A DNA stretch of 64,000 nt from Candidatus Omnitrophota bacterium (lineage in GTDB: Bacteria; Omnitrophota; Gorgyraeia; 2-01-FULL-45-10), in NCBI GenBank assembly GCA_041661345.1, contig JBAZUO010000007.1:1-64000 (forward strand). Reading direction: 5' to 3'. This document shows positions 26,829-36,859 of this stretch, one piece after another; the stretch's first letter is position 1; the number at the start of each line of letters is the position of its first letter. The notes beneath the pieces were generated by a model. That model made no database searches. It was not told the origin of the DNA and saw nothing but the letters and a program-made list of their open reading frames with translations. Both the position numbers and the translations under genes were made by a program.

Positions 26829-27368
26829 ATGAGAAGGCCTTTCGCATTGTTTTTTATATGCAGCTTGTTGTTCATTTCCGGGTGCGGGTATACGACACGC
26901 TCACTTCTTCCAACCGAATTCAAACAGATCTATGTAGAAAATTTTAAGAATGAGATAAGGATTACGGATGAGCAGAACAATCTCAGGATGTATGTAGGCT
27001 ATAGGCCCGGCATGGAAATAGATTTGACGAACGAAGTCATAAACCAGTATTTATTGGATGGAAATCTTAAGATATCGACAGAGGTAAATTCCGATCTTAT
27101 GCTCAAGTCCAGCCTTATCGATTTCAGCAGGGGCGCGCTGAGATATGACGCCAACAATAACGTCGAGGAATACAGGATCAAGCTTATAGTGAACATGCAG
27201 CTTATAAATACCAAAACGGGTAATGTCGTATGGACGGAAAATGGGTTTGCCGGTGAGACGACGTACAGAACCAGCGGAAGCCTTGCAAAGAGCGAGAACT
27301 CGGCCATACAGGATGCGATATCGGATCTGGCCAGGCGCATAGTGGAAAGAACTGTCGAGGCATGGTAA
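26829..27368 (+). CDS. lptE: LptE-like LPS-assembly lipoprotein
   Basis: 179 aa with the lipobox LFISGCGYTTRS, similar to the LptE N-terminus. It lies directly upstream of and overlapping holA, as in the E. coli leuS-lptE-holA order. Confidence 0.6.
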   Translation: MRRPFALFFICSLLFISGCGYTTRSLLPTEFKQIYVENFKNEIRITDEQNNLRMYVGYRPGMEIDLTNEVINQYLLDGNLKISTEVNSDLMLKSSLIDFSRGALRYDANNNVEEYRIKLIVNMQLINTKTGNVVWTENGFAGETTYRTSGSLAKSENSAIQDAISDLARRIVERTVEAW

Positions 27369-28330
27369 ATTCGAAGCCTTCGGTATATCTATTTACCGGC
27401 AGTAATGATTATTTGAAGAAGCGGGAAATAGATGATCTTAAATCGTCACTGCTCAAAAACTCCCCAGGCGATACGGATTACAAAATGTTCCGTATCGGCG
27501 AAGATGAACTTAGTGAAATCCTAGATTACGTCAATACGATCCCATTTCTTTCCTCCCGTAAACTCGTCGTAGTAAAAAATGCAGAAGATATGAAAGACGC
27601 CGAAGTTTCACGCCTGGCGGAGTACATTAAAAGGCCGTCAAAATTTACATACCTTGTGCTGGATTTAAGGGATAATAACTTCGCTGAAAACCATCCGGAG
27701 GTTGCTGATCATTCGGTCGTAAAGAGATTTAATGATTTGGCGCCTGCGCAGTTCCGGGTATGGGTTCAGCAATTCGTCTCATCCAGGACGTTAGGAAAGA
27801 TAAAGATAGAAGATGCTGCTGTTTCAGAGCTCGCAGGGCTTCACGGGGGCAATCTGACGCTATTGGCCGGAGAGCTTGAAAAACTTATAGCGTTTGTCGG
27901 AAACGGGCCTGAGATAAAACTTAGCGATATCGAAGAAGTCGCGGGCAGAAGCCTGGCCGCGTCCGCATTTGACCTTACCTGGGCGATAGAAAACAGCAAA
28001 GTGGATGAGGCATTGTCTATAATATCGGATCTGGTCCGGACAGGCAAAAAGCATTATGAGATAATAGGCCTGTTGTGCTGGCATTTAAGGAGGATCCTGA
28101 GGGCAAAAATGATGGAGGCGAAAGGTAAAACCGCCCCTTACATAGCAAATATATTAAGGATAGGAAGGCGTTACCAGGAAGAATTTTTCAAGCAGGCCGG
28201 AACCCTCAAAACCGCAGATGTGAATAATAAGCTCGCAATTTTACTGGAAGCAGACATGGACATCAAGAGGACGAAATTCGACCCTACGTTGGTCCTGGAA
28301 TTTGTCGTGATAAAACTATGTCTTGGATGA
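27362..28330 (+). CDS. holA: DNA polymerase III subunit delta
   Basis: 322 aa. The N-terminus VYLFTGSNDYLKKREID and overall helical organisation are typical of HolA, and it sits in the lptE-holA/rpsT context. Confidence 0.8.
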   Translation: MVNSKPSVYLFTGSNDYLKKREIDDLKSSLLKNSPGDTDYKMFRIGEDELSEILDYVNTIPFLSSRKLVVVKNAEDMKDAEVSRLAEYIKRPSKFTYLVLDLRDNNFAENHPEVADHSVVKRFNDLAPAQFRVWVQQFVSSRTLGKIKIEDAAVSELAGLHGGNLTLLAGELEKLIAFVGNGPEIKLSDIEEVAGRSLAASAFDLTWAIENSKVDEALSIISDLVRTGKKHYEIIGLLCWHLRRILRAKMMEAKGKTAPYIANILRIGRRYQEEFFKQAGTLKTADVNNKLAILLEADMDIKRTKFDPTLVLEFVVIKLCLG

Positions 28331-28585
28331 CGACGAGAGCTTCTTCATAAGCCGGGATATCTTCCTTGATGCGCTATTTTTTTTGATCATCCCCTTTGAA
28401 GCGGCTCTATCTATTTTTGACACCAGTGCCGTAAGCGCCTTTTTGGCTTCGTCGGTCTTTTTACCTGCGGCAAGGCTTTCGAAGTTCTTGCTCAGTGTCT
28501 TTAATTCAGTTTTGATGTTGATGTTTGCAAAATGCCGTTTTTTGGCTTTTCTGAGTTCTTTATACGCAGTTCTTTCTCTTGGCAA
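28316..28585 (-). CDS. rpsT: 30S ribosomal protein S20
   Basis: The basic 89-aa product (PRERTAYKELRKAKKRHFANINIKTELKT...DRAASKGMIKKNSASRK) matches the S20 pattern. The start is assigned to TTG at 28585, preceded by AAGGGGG-TTTAAA, and the longer ATG ORF (28669) would translate the RBS. Its 3' end overlaps holA convergently by 15 nt. Confidence 0.85.
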   Translation of the reverse strand: MPRERTAYKELRKAKKRHFANINIKTELKTLSKNFESLAAGKKTDEAKKALTALVSKIDRAASKGMIKKNSASRKISRLMKKLSSSSKT

Positions 28586-28616
28586 TTTAAACCCCCTTAA
28601 TTTTTTGAACGGGGTG

Positions 28617-28645
28617 ATTATAGCAGATAACAGATTGATGGTCAA
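28617..28645 (-). promoter_or_regulatory. Sigma-70-like promoter for rpsT (TTGACC-17-TATAAT on minus strand)
   Basis: The reverse complement of 28640-28645 is TTGACC and that of 28617-28622 is TATAAT, with a 17-nt spacer. Confidence 0.6.
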
Positions 28646-28654
28646 GGATTTTAT

Positions 28655-30187
28655 ATGGATAAGACTCATTTAATAAAGTCTACAGGAGTTATAGGCATAG
28701 CTACCGCCATAAGCCGTATCCTTGGGTTTATCAGGGATATAGTGATTGCCGGTTTTTTTGGCACTGCCGTATATGCCCAGGCCTTCGTGGTTGCCTTTAG
28801 GATACCCAACCTTCTCAGGGATCTGATCGGCGAAGGCGCTGTGAATGCAGCGTTCGTGCCCGTTCTTACGGAAGAACTGACCAAAAACGGGAAACGCGAT
28901 TTTTTCAAGCTGGCGCAAGTTTTATTAAACATACTTCTTATAGTTCTTATAGTGCTTACGGTCATCGGTGTATTGGCGGCTCCCGTCATAGTTAAGCTGA
29001 TAGCCCCCGGGTTTTCCGAAGATTTAGAAAAGTTCGAAGTGACCGTAAAGTTGACCAGGCTCCTCTTTCCGTTCCTGCTGCTTGTAGGCCTTTGGGCATA
29101 CGCGATGGGAGTCCTTAATTCTTTAGGCAAATTTGCCGCGCCTGCGTTCGGTCCGTGCCTCTTAAATCTTTCAATGATATTTTGCGCGATGTGGTTCGGC
29201 GAGAACGTATTCGGTCTTGCCGGCGGAGTATTAATTGGAGGGCTATTACAGCTTCTTATACAGATGCCCTCGCTTTATTCCAGCGGATGGCGGGCTGCTG
29301 TCACCAGGGAGTATGTGCACCCAAAAGCAAAAAGAGTGGGAAAGCTTTTGATCCCACGCGCGCTCGGAGCGTGCGTCTATCAGGTAAACGTATTTGTAAG
29401 CACGATCTTGGCTTCATTATCCGGTATAGTGGGAGACGGCGCAGTAGCGGCGCTCTATTATGCCAACAGGATCTGGCAGATGCCATTAGCGATATTCGGG
29501 ATCGCATTGGCCCAGGCTGCGCTCCCGACAATGTCGAGGCATGTGGCACTGAATGATACCGGCAAACTTAAGGAGACCCTATCCTTTTCGCTTAAGATAT
29601 TATTTTTCATTCTTATCCCTTCAAGCATAGGCCTTATGGTCATGAGCGCGCCGATAACGAAGATCCTTTTTCAGCGCGGGGCATTTACCGCTTATTCGAC
29701 CCAGATAACATCGGATGCCTTATTCTATTATGCGATTGGCCTTGTCGCGTGCGGCGGCATAAAAATCCTGGTCAGCGCATTCTATTCGATGCATGATACG
29801 ATGACCCCGGTCAAGATCGCGGCCGCTTCGCTCGTTTTAAATTTAATTTTTAATCTGGTTTTGATGCGGCCTCTCAAGGTTGGAGGACTGGCTTTAGCCA
29901 CCTCGATTTCCGCGGTCTTTAATTTTCTTGCGCTGTATGTTTTGCTGAGGAAACGGCTCGGCGATTTCGGAACGGGCGTTATCCTGAGTTCTTTCCTGAA
30001 AGTAACCTTAGCCTCGCTTGTAATGGCCTGTGTTCTTATGGCATCGTTATCGTATTTTCCAAAATTAAATATAGCGATGCTTCTTATCGATATAATAGCG
30101 GGGATCGCCGCGTTCATAGCGGCTTGCTATTTATTCAATGTAAAAGAGCTGAAGGATTTTCTGGCATGGATATTAAGAAAAAAGTAA
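28655..30187 (+). CDS. murJ: Lipid II flippase MurJ
   Basis: 510 aa with about 14 TM helices. The MviN/MurJ N-terminus is SRILGFIRDIVIAGFFGT...AFRIPNLLRDLIGEGAVNAAFVPV. Confidence 0.92.
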   Translation: MDKTHLIKSTGVIGIATAISRILGFIRDIVIAGFFGTAVYAQAFVVAFRIPNLLRDLIGEGAVNAAFVPVLTEELTKNGKRDFFKLAQVLLNILLIVLIVLTVIGVLAAPVIVKLIAPGFSEDLEKFEVTVKLTRLLFPFLLLVGLWAYAMGVLNSLGKFAAPAFGPCLLNLSMIFCAMWFGENVFGLAGGVLIGGLLQLLIQMPSLYSSGWRAAVTREYVHPKAKRVGKLLIPRALGACVYQVNVFVSTILASLSGIVGDGAVAALYYANRIWQMPLAIFGIALAQAALPTMSRHVALNDTGKLKETLSFSLKILFFILIPSSIGLMVMSAPITKILFQRGAFTAYSTQITSDALFYYAIGLVACGGIKILVSAFYSMHDTMTPVKIAAASLVLNLIFNLVLMRPLKVGGLALATSISAVFNFLALYVLLRKRLGDFGTGVILSSFLKVTLASLVMACVLMASLSYFPKLNIAMLLIDIIAGIAAFIAACYLFNVKELKDFLAWILRKK

Positions 30188-31407
30188 AGGCCCTTCCCGC
30201 CACTCCCGGTGTATATATAATGAAGAGCGAGGGCGGCGAAGTGCTTTATGTGGGCAAGGCCGGCAATCTAAAGAAGAGGGTATCAAGTTACTTTCAACGC
30301 CGCGGTATGATGCACGATAGGATCGGGATAATGTCGCGGCAGGTAAGGGATATAGAATATATATCTACGAAGACGGAAGCCGAGGCGCTGATATATGAGA
30401 ATGGCCTTATAAAACAGCTCCTTCCTAAATATAACGTCGCCTTAAAGGATGGTAAAGGCTATCCGATGCTCAAGCTTACGGTTGGAGAAAAGTTCCCGCG
30501 CTTGTTCATAACACGGCAGAGGAAGGACGATGGCTCCATACACTATGGGCCTTATACGGACGCGAAGCTTCTTAAAAAGGCATTGATCAGCTTACGCCAG
30601 GTATTTCCGTTAAGAAGCTGCGGCAAGATGAAGAAAAACGTATGCCTGAATTATCATATAAAGCAATGCCTGGGGCCGTGCGCCGGAAATATCAGTGAAT
30701 CAGATTATGGGCAAATCGTTTCGGAGCTGAAACTATATCTTGAAGGGAAGAGGACGGAGCTGTTAAAAGTCCTATCAGAGAAGATGATCTCATCCTCTGT
30801 TCGGGAAAAGTTCGAGGATGCCGCAAAGTACAAGGCCAGGATAGAGGCGCTCTCTGTTATAGGGAATCAGGCTGTGTCGTACAAACCTTCCGGCGAGCTT
30901 GATGAGCTGGCGTCGATACTGGGAATAAAAGGTAAGCTCGATGCTATAGAGGCTTTCGATGTGTCAAATATAATGGGCGAGCTTGCCGTAGGCTCAATGG
31001 TATATTTTCGCAAGGGCCGCCCGGGGAAGGATGAGTACAGAAAATTTAAAATAAAGACGGTATCGGGTATCGACGATTACGCGATGATGCGCGAGATCGT
31101 TAAGAGGAGGTACTCCAGATTAATGGAGGAGAAGAGGCCCTTACCCGATCTCGTACTGATAGACGGCGGCAAGGGACATCTTGCCGCGGCCATGGGCGAG
31201 CTTGAAAGGCTTGGGTTATCCAAAATACCCGTTATAGGTATAGCAAAGGAATTTGAGCATATATATGTAAAGAATAGAAAAGACCCGATAATACTGCCAA
31301 AGGAATCGAAGGCATTGCATCTACTGGAAAGGATAAGGGATGAGGCGCATAGATTTGCCATATCTTATCACAGGAAACTGATGTCTAAAAGGATCCGGGA
31401 AAGATAA
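30166..31407 (+). CDS. uvrC: Excinuclease ABC subunit C, compact form lacking C-terminal (HhH)2
   Basis: The start is taken at ATG 30166 (MDIKKKVKALPATPGVYIMK...). It has a GIY-YIG domain, the CLNYHIKQCLGPCAG segment, a UVR motif (FEDAAKYKARIEAL) and an RNase-H-like endonuclease domain ending RDEAHRFAISYHRK. The stop follows immediately, giving only 413 aa. Confidence 0.85.
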   Translation: MDIKKKVKALPATPGVYIMKSEGGEVLYVGKAGNLKKRVSSYFQRRGMMHDRIGIMSRQVRDIEYISTKTEAEALIYENGLIKQLLPKYNVALKDGKGYPMLKLTVGEKFPRLFITRQRKDDGSIHYGPYTDAKLLKKALISLRQVFPLRSCGKMKKNVCLNYHIKQCLGPCAGNISESDYGQIVSELKLYLEGKRTELLKVLSEKMISSSVREKFEDAAKYKARIEALSVIGNQAVSYKPSGELDELASILGIKGKLDAIEAFDVSNIMGELAVGSMVYFRKGRPGKDEYRKFKIKTVSGIDDYAMMREIVKRRYSRLMEEKRPLPDLVLIDGGKGHLAAAMGELERLGLSKIPVIGIAKEFEHIYVKNRKDPIILPKESKALHLLERIRDEAHRFAISYHRKLMSKRIRER

Positions 31408-31422
31408 TGTCGAAGTAGGCGA

Positions 31423-31451
31423 TTGACTACAGATAGTATCGCTGTTATAAT
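31423..31451 (+). promoter_or_regulatory. Sigma-70-like promoter (TTGACT-17-TATAAT)
   Basis: Hexamers lie at 31423-31428 and 31446-31451, upstream of the prfB RBS AGGAGGA. Confidence 0.6.
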
Positions 31452-31477
31452 CATCTAACCGTTTTTACAGGAGGAAT

Positions 31478-32579
31478 ATGCTCGAAGAACTTAAGGAAGA
31501 ATTGAAGGCGATCGATGGGAAGCTCAAAAATCTAAGAGGTTATCTTTGACGTCGACAACAGAAAGAATAAGATAGAGGTCCTTGAGGCCGAGACCTCGAA
31601 AGAGGGGTTTTGGAATGATGACGTCAGATCAAAAGAAGTTTTCAGGGAACTGAAAGACCTTAAGCTTATGGTCGACCCGTTCCTGAAACTGGAAATGGAA
31701 TTTAAAGATACCCGGGATATTTTGGATATAGCCGGCCCTGAAGACGCGGCTTCGCTTGAGCATTTTAAAAAAGATATCGCCAATATAAAACACAAGCTCG
31801 ATGGGCTTGAATTCAGGACCCTCCTGGGCGAAGAAGCGGATAAGTTTAATGCTATCTTGAGCATCAATGCGGGCGCTGGCGGAACCGAATCATGTGACTG
31901 GGTGGCGATGCTGCTCCGGATGTATGTGAAATGGGCTGAGCCAAATGGGTTTCAGATCACAGTACTCGATCAGCTTTCGGGGGAAGAAGCCGGAATAAAG
32001 AACGTTACGGTCCTGATAAAAGGTGACTACGCGTACGGTTACCTGAAATCTGAATCCGGGGTCCATCGCCTTGTCAGGATATCGCCATTTGATTCCAACA
32101 AAAGGCGTCACACCTCGTTTGCCTCTGTTGATGTGATACCGGAAGTTTCAGACGATGTCAAGATCGATATTAAAGAGACAGATCTGAAGATAGATACATA
32201 CCGCTCCGGCGGCGCGGGCGGCCAACATGTAAATAAGACCGATTCCGCGGTAAGAATTACCCATATGCCGACAGGGATCATCGTGCAATGCCAGAACGAA
32301 CGTTCTCAGTTCAAGAACAAGCAGATGGCACTCAAGGTCCTTAAAGGCAAGCTTTACGAATTGGAAAGAATGAAGAAAGTAAAGAATGTCGCGGATGCGT
32401 ATGAGTCGAAGAAAGAGATAGCGTGGGGAAGCCAGATAAGGTCCTATGTGCTTCATCCGTATACTATGGTTAAAGATCACAGGACGGATCACGAAACAGG
32501 GAAGGCCCTGTACGTATTGGATGGCGAGATAGACGAATTTATAGAAGCGTACCTTAAGTGGAGTAAGGAAAATGGTTAA
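31478..32579 (+). CDS. prfB: Peptide chain release factor 2 (requires programmed +1 frameshift)
   Basis: Frame 0 runs 31478-31546 ([23 protein letters not shown]) and ends at in-frame TGA 31547-31549. The +1 frame from 31548 ([24 protein letters not shown]...) runs into the 31668-32579 ORF. The product has the SPF motif (RISPFD) and GGQ ([10 protein letters not shown]). Confidence 0.95.
31535..31550 (+). promoter_or_regulatory. prfB +1 frameshift site (SD-like AGAGGT, TAT CTT TGA C)
   Basis: The sequence aagaggttatCTTTGAC matches the canonical RF2 autoregulatory slippery site CUU UGA C. It has an upstream Shine-Dalgarno-like element. Confidence 0.9.
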
Positions 32580-35322
32580 TTTTATTTTGAAAAGGATCCT
32601 TGGCACACAGAACGAAAGGGTCGTGAAGCAATTGAGGCCGATCGTTGACGCTGTAAATTCGTTCGAGCCGGCCATATCGAAACTTTCCGATTCCGAGCTG
32701 AAAGCAAAGACCGGCGAATTCAGGGATAAGATAGGAAAAAAATACGGCGAATATAAAGAAGAGCTATCGGCATTAGAGGAGACATTTAAAAGCTCCACAT
32801 CGCCCCAGGAGAAGGAAAAGATAAAGCATAAAAGCCGGGACCTGAAAAACAAGGTGTTTGAGGATATTCTGCCCGAGGCCTTCGCGGTGGTAAGAGAGGC
32901 CGCGAAGAGAACCGTTAAGATGAGGCACTTTGATGTCCAGCTGATGGGCGGCCTTGTCCTTCATCGCGGCATGATAGCGGAAATGGCTACAGGTGAGGGA
33001 AAGACGCTCGTGGCCACGCTTCCTGCATATCTGAACGCCCTTACGGGAGAGGGTGTTCATGTCGTCACGGTAAATGATTATCTGGCAAATAGAGACAGGT
33101 GCTGGATGGGGCCGATTTACGAGTTTCTCGGGCTTACGGTCGGCGCTATTCAGCATGACATGGACCAGAGATTAAGAAAAGAGGCCTATGCCTGTGACGT
33201 TACTTACGGAACTAATAATGAATTCGGGTTTGATTACCTTCGCGATAACATGGTTGTCCGGCCGGAAGACATGGTCCAGCGCGGCCAGAATTTTGCCATC
33301 GTCGATGAAGTGGATTCCATACTGATAGATGAATCGAGAACACCTCTCATAATATCGGGCCCTGCCGAAGAATCGACGGATAAATATTACACGATAAATA
33401 AGATCATTCCGCGCCTCAAAGGAAAGATCATTACGGATAAAGAAGAGATCGACGCGAAATATAAGGGTGTGGATATCGAAAAGGGCATCGATTATGTTGT
33501 CAATGAGAAGAACCACACCGTTAACCTGACGGACGAAGGTGTGGTCAAGTGCCAGGAGCTTCTCAGTGTAAAAAATCTATACGAAGATATACAATCCGAA
33601 TGGGAACATCATATAAGGCAAGCGATAAGGGCGCATGCTTTGTACAAAAAGGACGTGGATTATGTTGTGAAGGACGGCGAGGTGATGATCGTCGATGAGT
33701 TTACAGGCCGTCTCATGCCGGGAAGGCGCTGGTCGGACGGGCTTCATCAGGCCGTGGAGGCGAAGGAGGCCGTTAAGATAGAAAGAGAAAATCAAACTCT
33801 CGCCACGATCACATTCCAGAATTACTTCAGGATGTATAAGAAACTTGCCGGTATGACCGGCACGGCCGAGACGGAGGCCGTCGAATTCGGCAAGATATAT
33901 GGACTTGACGTAGTTGTGATGCCAACCAATAAACCGATGTCGAGGACCAACTACCCGGATGTCATATATAAAACGGAAAGAGAAAAGTTTAACGCGGTAT
34001 GTAAAGAGATAGCTGAGCTTTATAAGGCCGGCAGGCCCGTCCTGGTCGGAACGATCTCAATAGAAAAGTCGGAACATCTGAGCGGTCTTTTAAACAGGAT
34101 GGTGATCCCGCATCACGTATTAAATGCCAAATACCACGAGCAGGAGGCGCAGATAATAGCGAATGCGGGACAGCGGTCCACTGTTACGATAGCGACGAAT
34201 ATGGCGGGCCGCGGCACAGACATAGTGTTGGGCGACGGTATTGCGAAACTCGGAGGATTGCACGTTCTCGGCACCGAACGACATGAGGCCCGGCGCATAG
34301 ACAATCAGCTCCGCGGGCGTTCCGGCAGACAGGGTGATCCGGGATCGAGCAGGTTTTATTTGTCGCTGGAAGACGATCTTATGAGGATATTCGGATCCGA
34401 CAGGATAAAATCGATAATGGAAAAACTCGGTATGGAAGAGGGGCAGGATATTCAACATCCTTTCATAACCAGGGCCATAGAGACGGCGCAGAAAAGGGTG
34501 GAACAGCACAACTTTGAGATCAGAAAACATCTTCTCGAATACGATAATATCATGAACAGACAGAGAGAGGTCATATACGATGAAAGGCGCAAGATCCTTT
34601 TAGGCCAGAACTTACGGGATTATATTTATGAGGTCATGGAAGAAGTGTTGGATTTTGCCTTCGATACTTATCTTAACGAAAAGGCCAGCGAGGATCAGTG
34701 GGATTATGATGGTTTGAGGCAATACCTGGAATCAAGGCTTATCGTAAGGACTAAAGATATCAAGCTTGAGGAATTAAGAAGGGTCGAGGCCAGGGAAACA
34801 ATACTCGACATGATGAAGAAGACATACGAAGACAAAGAGGCCGCATTTGGCAATGATATGGCCAGGTATTTGGAAAAGATGATACTTCTGCAGGTGGTGG
34901 ATTCGAGGTGGAAAGATCATCTTTATGCTATGGACAATCTTAAAGAAGGTATAGGCCTAAGGGCTTATGGCCAGCGTGACCCGTTAGTCGAATATCAGCA
35001 TGAGGCGTACGCGATGTTCATGGACATGATAGACAGGATCAAAGAGGAGACGCTCGAATACCTATTCAAGATAAAGGCGGTGGAGGAGAAGAAGGAGACG
35101 AGCGTATTTAATGTGTCAAGACAACAGCTTCTGCACGAAGAAAAGACCCAATTCCAGGATGTGCCGTCGGCGGACAGCCGGGACGCGTCCAGCCATAACT
35201 ACGATGGGCAGCTGCCCGAGGAGCATGTTCCCACATATAAGAGAGAGGCGCCAAAGGTCGGGCGTAATGATCCATGCCCGTGTGGAAGCGGCAAGAAATA
35301 TAAGAAGTGCTGCGGCAAATGA
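32572..35322 (+). CDS. secA: Preprotein translocase ATPase SecA
   Basis: 916 aa with the DEAD-like motor motifs ([43 protein letters not shown]) and a C-terminal zinc finger [13 protein letters not shown]. Confidence 0.97.
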   Translation: MVNFILKRILGTQNERVVKQLRPIVDAVNSFEPAISKLSDSELKAKTGEFRDKIGKKYGEYKEELSALEETFKSSTSPQEKEKIKHKSRDLKNKVFEDILPEAFAVVREAAKRTVKMRHFDVQLMGGLVLHRGMIAEMATGEGKTLVATLPAYLNALTGEGVHVVTVNDYLANRDRCWMGPIYEFLGLTVGAIQHDMDQRLRKEAYACDVTYGTNNEFGFDYLRDNMVVRPEDMVQRGQNFAIVDEVDSILIDESRTPLIISGPAEESTDKYYTINKIIPRLKGKIITDKEEIDAKYKGVDIEKGIDYVVNEKNHTVNLTDEGVVKCQELLSVKNLYEDIQSEWEHHIRQAIRAHALYKKDVDYVVKDGEVMIVDEFTGRLMPGRRWSDGLHQAVEAKEAVKIERENQTLATITFQNYFRMYKKLAGMTGTAETEAVEFGKIYGLDVVVMPTNKPMSRTNYPDVIYKTEREKFNAVCKEIAELYKAGRPVLVGTISIEKSEHLSGLLNRMVIPHHVLNAKYHEQEAQIIANAGQRSTVTIATNMAGRGTDIVLGDGIAKLGGLHVLGTERHEARRIDNQLRGRSGRQGDPGSSRFYLSLEDDLMRIFGSDRIKSIMEKLGMEEGQDIQHPFITRAIETAQKRVEQHNFEIRKHLLEYDNIMNRQREVIYDERRKILLGQNLRDYIYEVMEEVLDFAFDTYLNEKASEDQWDYDGLRQYLESRLIVRTKDIKLEELRRVEARETILDMMKKTYEDKEAAFGNDMARYLEKMILLQVVDSRWKDHLYAMDNLKEGIGLRAYGQRDPLVEYQHEAYAMFMDMIDRIKEETLEYLFKIKAVEEKKETSVFNVSRQQLLHEEKTQFQDVPSADSRDASSHNYDGQLPEEHVPTYKREAPKVGRNDPCPCGSGKKYKKCCGK

Positions 35323-36842
35323 AGCGTATTGCGCTGATAGCACTATCCGCTTTTTTATTGATCCTTTCCTTTCCTAATTTCAATCTCGAATTTCTTGCAT
35401 GGTTCGCGCTCATCCCGTTATTCTTCGCGGTCGATAATCAAAAGCCTTTAAGGGCGTTTGCCTTATCATATATCTGCGGCTCCCTGTTTTTTTTAGGTAC
35501 TGTCTACTGGCTTATACATGTTACCCTCCCGGGAATGGTTGCGGTTGCGCTATACCTGGCATTGTATTTCGGGCTTTTCGGGCTTATCGCATCCTATAGC
35601 CTGCGTCTTAAGCCTCACCATTCACTTATTTTTGTTCCTGCCGCATGGGTAGCATTGGAACTTGCCAGGTCTCACTTCCTGACCGGCTTCGGATGGAATC
35701 TTCTGGCCCATTCTCAGAGCTATACACCTGTCGCGATACAGATCGCGGACATATTTGGCGCTTACGGTGTGAGTTTTCTTATAATCCTGGTGAATATCGG
35801 CATATTCATCGCTATAAAACAGTCCCAGAAAAAAGAAAATGCGCTTACTTATTTTATGATAGTGCTATTTGTAATCTATCTTGCTTTTGCCTACGGAACT
35901 TTCAGGCTTAAAAATATTTTTACGGGGGAGAACTTGCGCGTAGCCATTGTACAGGGCAATATTCCCCAGACAAAAAAATGGGATGCGGCATTCCGGGAAG
36001 AGATACTTTCCAAATATGAACGGCTTACCAGGGAGGCGGCAGCTCAAAAACCGGATATCATAGTATGGCCCGAGACGTCAGTGCCCGGCTTCCTTGAGAG
36101 CGAAGAAGATTTGTTAGGCAGAATAACAAATCTATCAAGAGATATCGCTATACCATTATTGGTAGGTACTCCGAGAGAGGATGCTGTTTCAAGGGAGGCA
36201 TATTATAATAGCGCCGTCCTTTTATATAAGGACGGTAAGATCGCAAAACGTTATGATAAGCTTCACTTGGTCCCGTTCGGTGAATATGTCCCCTTCAGAA
36301 AAGTGTTTTCCTTCGTTGAGAATTTTGCGCCTTCACCGATCGGTGATTTTAAGGCAGGCTCCGACTATACAGTATTCAACTTTTTCATTGAGCGAAAGAG
36401 CGGAGGCGACAAAACGCGGCTTAAATTTATCAAAAATGTAAAATTTTCCTGCCTGATATGCTTTGAGGATATATTTCCGGATATGACAAGGCGGTTCGTT
36501 AATAACGGAGCGCTCTTTCTGGTGAATATGACCAATGACGCGTGGTTTGGCAGGACGAACGCGCCGTATCAGCATGCGCAGAATTCCATCTTTCGCGCGG
36601 TCGAAAATAGGGTCAACGTTGTAAGAGCCGCCAACACAGGGTACTCCTGTTTTATAGACCAAAAGGGCAGGGTAATCGCGCAAGTGGGAGAACCGGGTAG
36701 AAGGATCTTTACGGATGGATATAAAATTTGCGATATTGTACTGACGAAGACGCGGACTTTCTATACGGTATATGGCGATCTCTTTGCGTATCTTTGTGTT
36801 ATAATATCCCTGCTTTATATTGTAAAATTGAGGCGTAGATAG
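35319..36842 (+). CDS. lnt: Apolipoprotein N-acyltransferase
   Basis: The start is taken at ATG 35319 (ATGA overlap with the secA stop); GTG 35307 is an alternative. It has N-terminal TM helices and a CN-hydrolase domain (IVWPETS..., [13 protein letters not shown]). Confidence 0.88.
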   Translation: MKRIALIALSAFLLILSFPNFNLEFLAWFALIPLFFAVDNQKPLRAFALSYICGSLFFLGTVYWLIHVTLPGMVAVALYLALYFGLFGLIASYSLRLKPHHSLIFVPAAWVALELARSHFLTGFGWNLLAHSQSYTPVAIQIADIFGAYGVSFLIILVNIGIFIAIKQSQKKENALTYFMIVLFVIYLAFAYGTFRLKNIFTGENLRVAIVQGNIPQTKKWDAAFREEILSKYERLTREAAAQKPDIIVWPETSVPGFLESEEDLLGRITNLSRDIAIPLLVGTPREDAVSREAYYNSAVLLYKDGKIAKRYDKLHLVPFGEYVPFRKVFSFVENFAPSPIGDFKAGSDYTVFNFFIERKSGGDKTRLKFIKNVKFSCLICFEDIFPDMTRRFVNNGALFLVNMTNDAWFGRTNAPYQHAQNSIFRAVENRVNVVRAANTGYSCFIDQKGRVIAQVGEPGRRIFTDGYKICDIVLTKTRTFYTVYGDLFAYLCVIISLLYIVKLRRR

Positions 36843-36859
36843 AAAGGGCCTTTTTAGGC

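Noticed and set aside
32148-32852. A 234-aa minus-strand ORF antisense to prfB/secA. Similar long antisense ORFs lie at 45444-46037, 53308-53973, 54274-54976, 58637-59305, 62775-63308, 36333-36899, 10789-11340, 9803-10282 and 13474-13968.
   Set aside because: Each lies fully inside a confidently identified + strand gene. They have low-complexity or Ser/Leu/Arg-rich translations with no motifs, and they lack RBS/promoter context. This is the typical shadow-ORF pattern opposite strongly biased coding frames.
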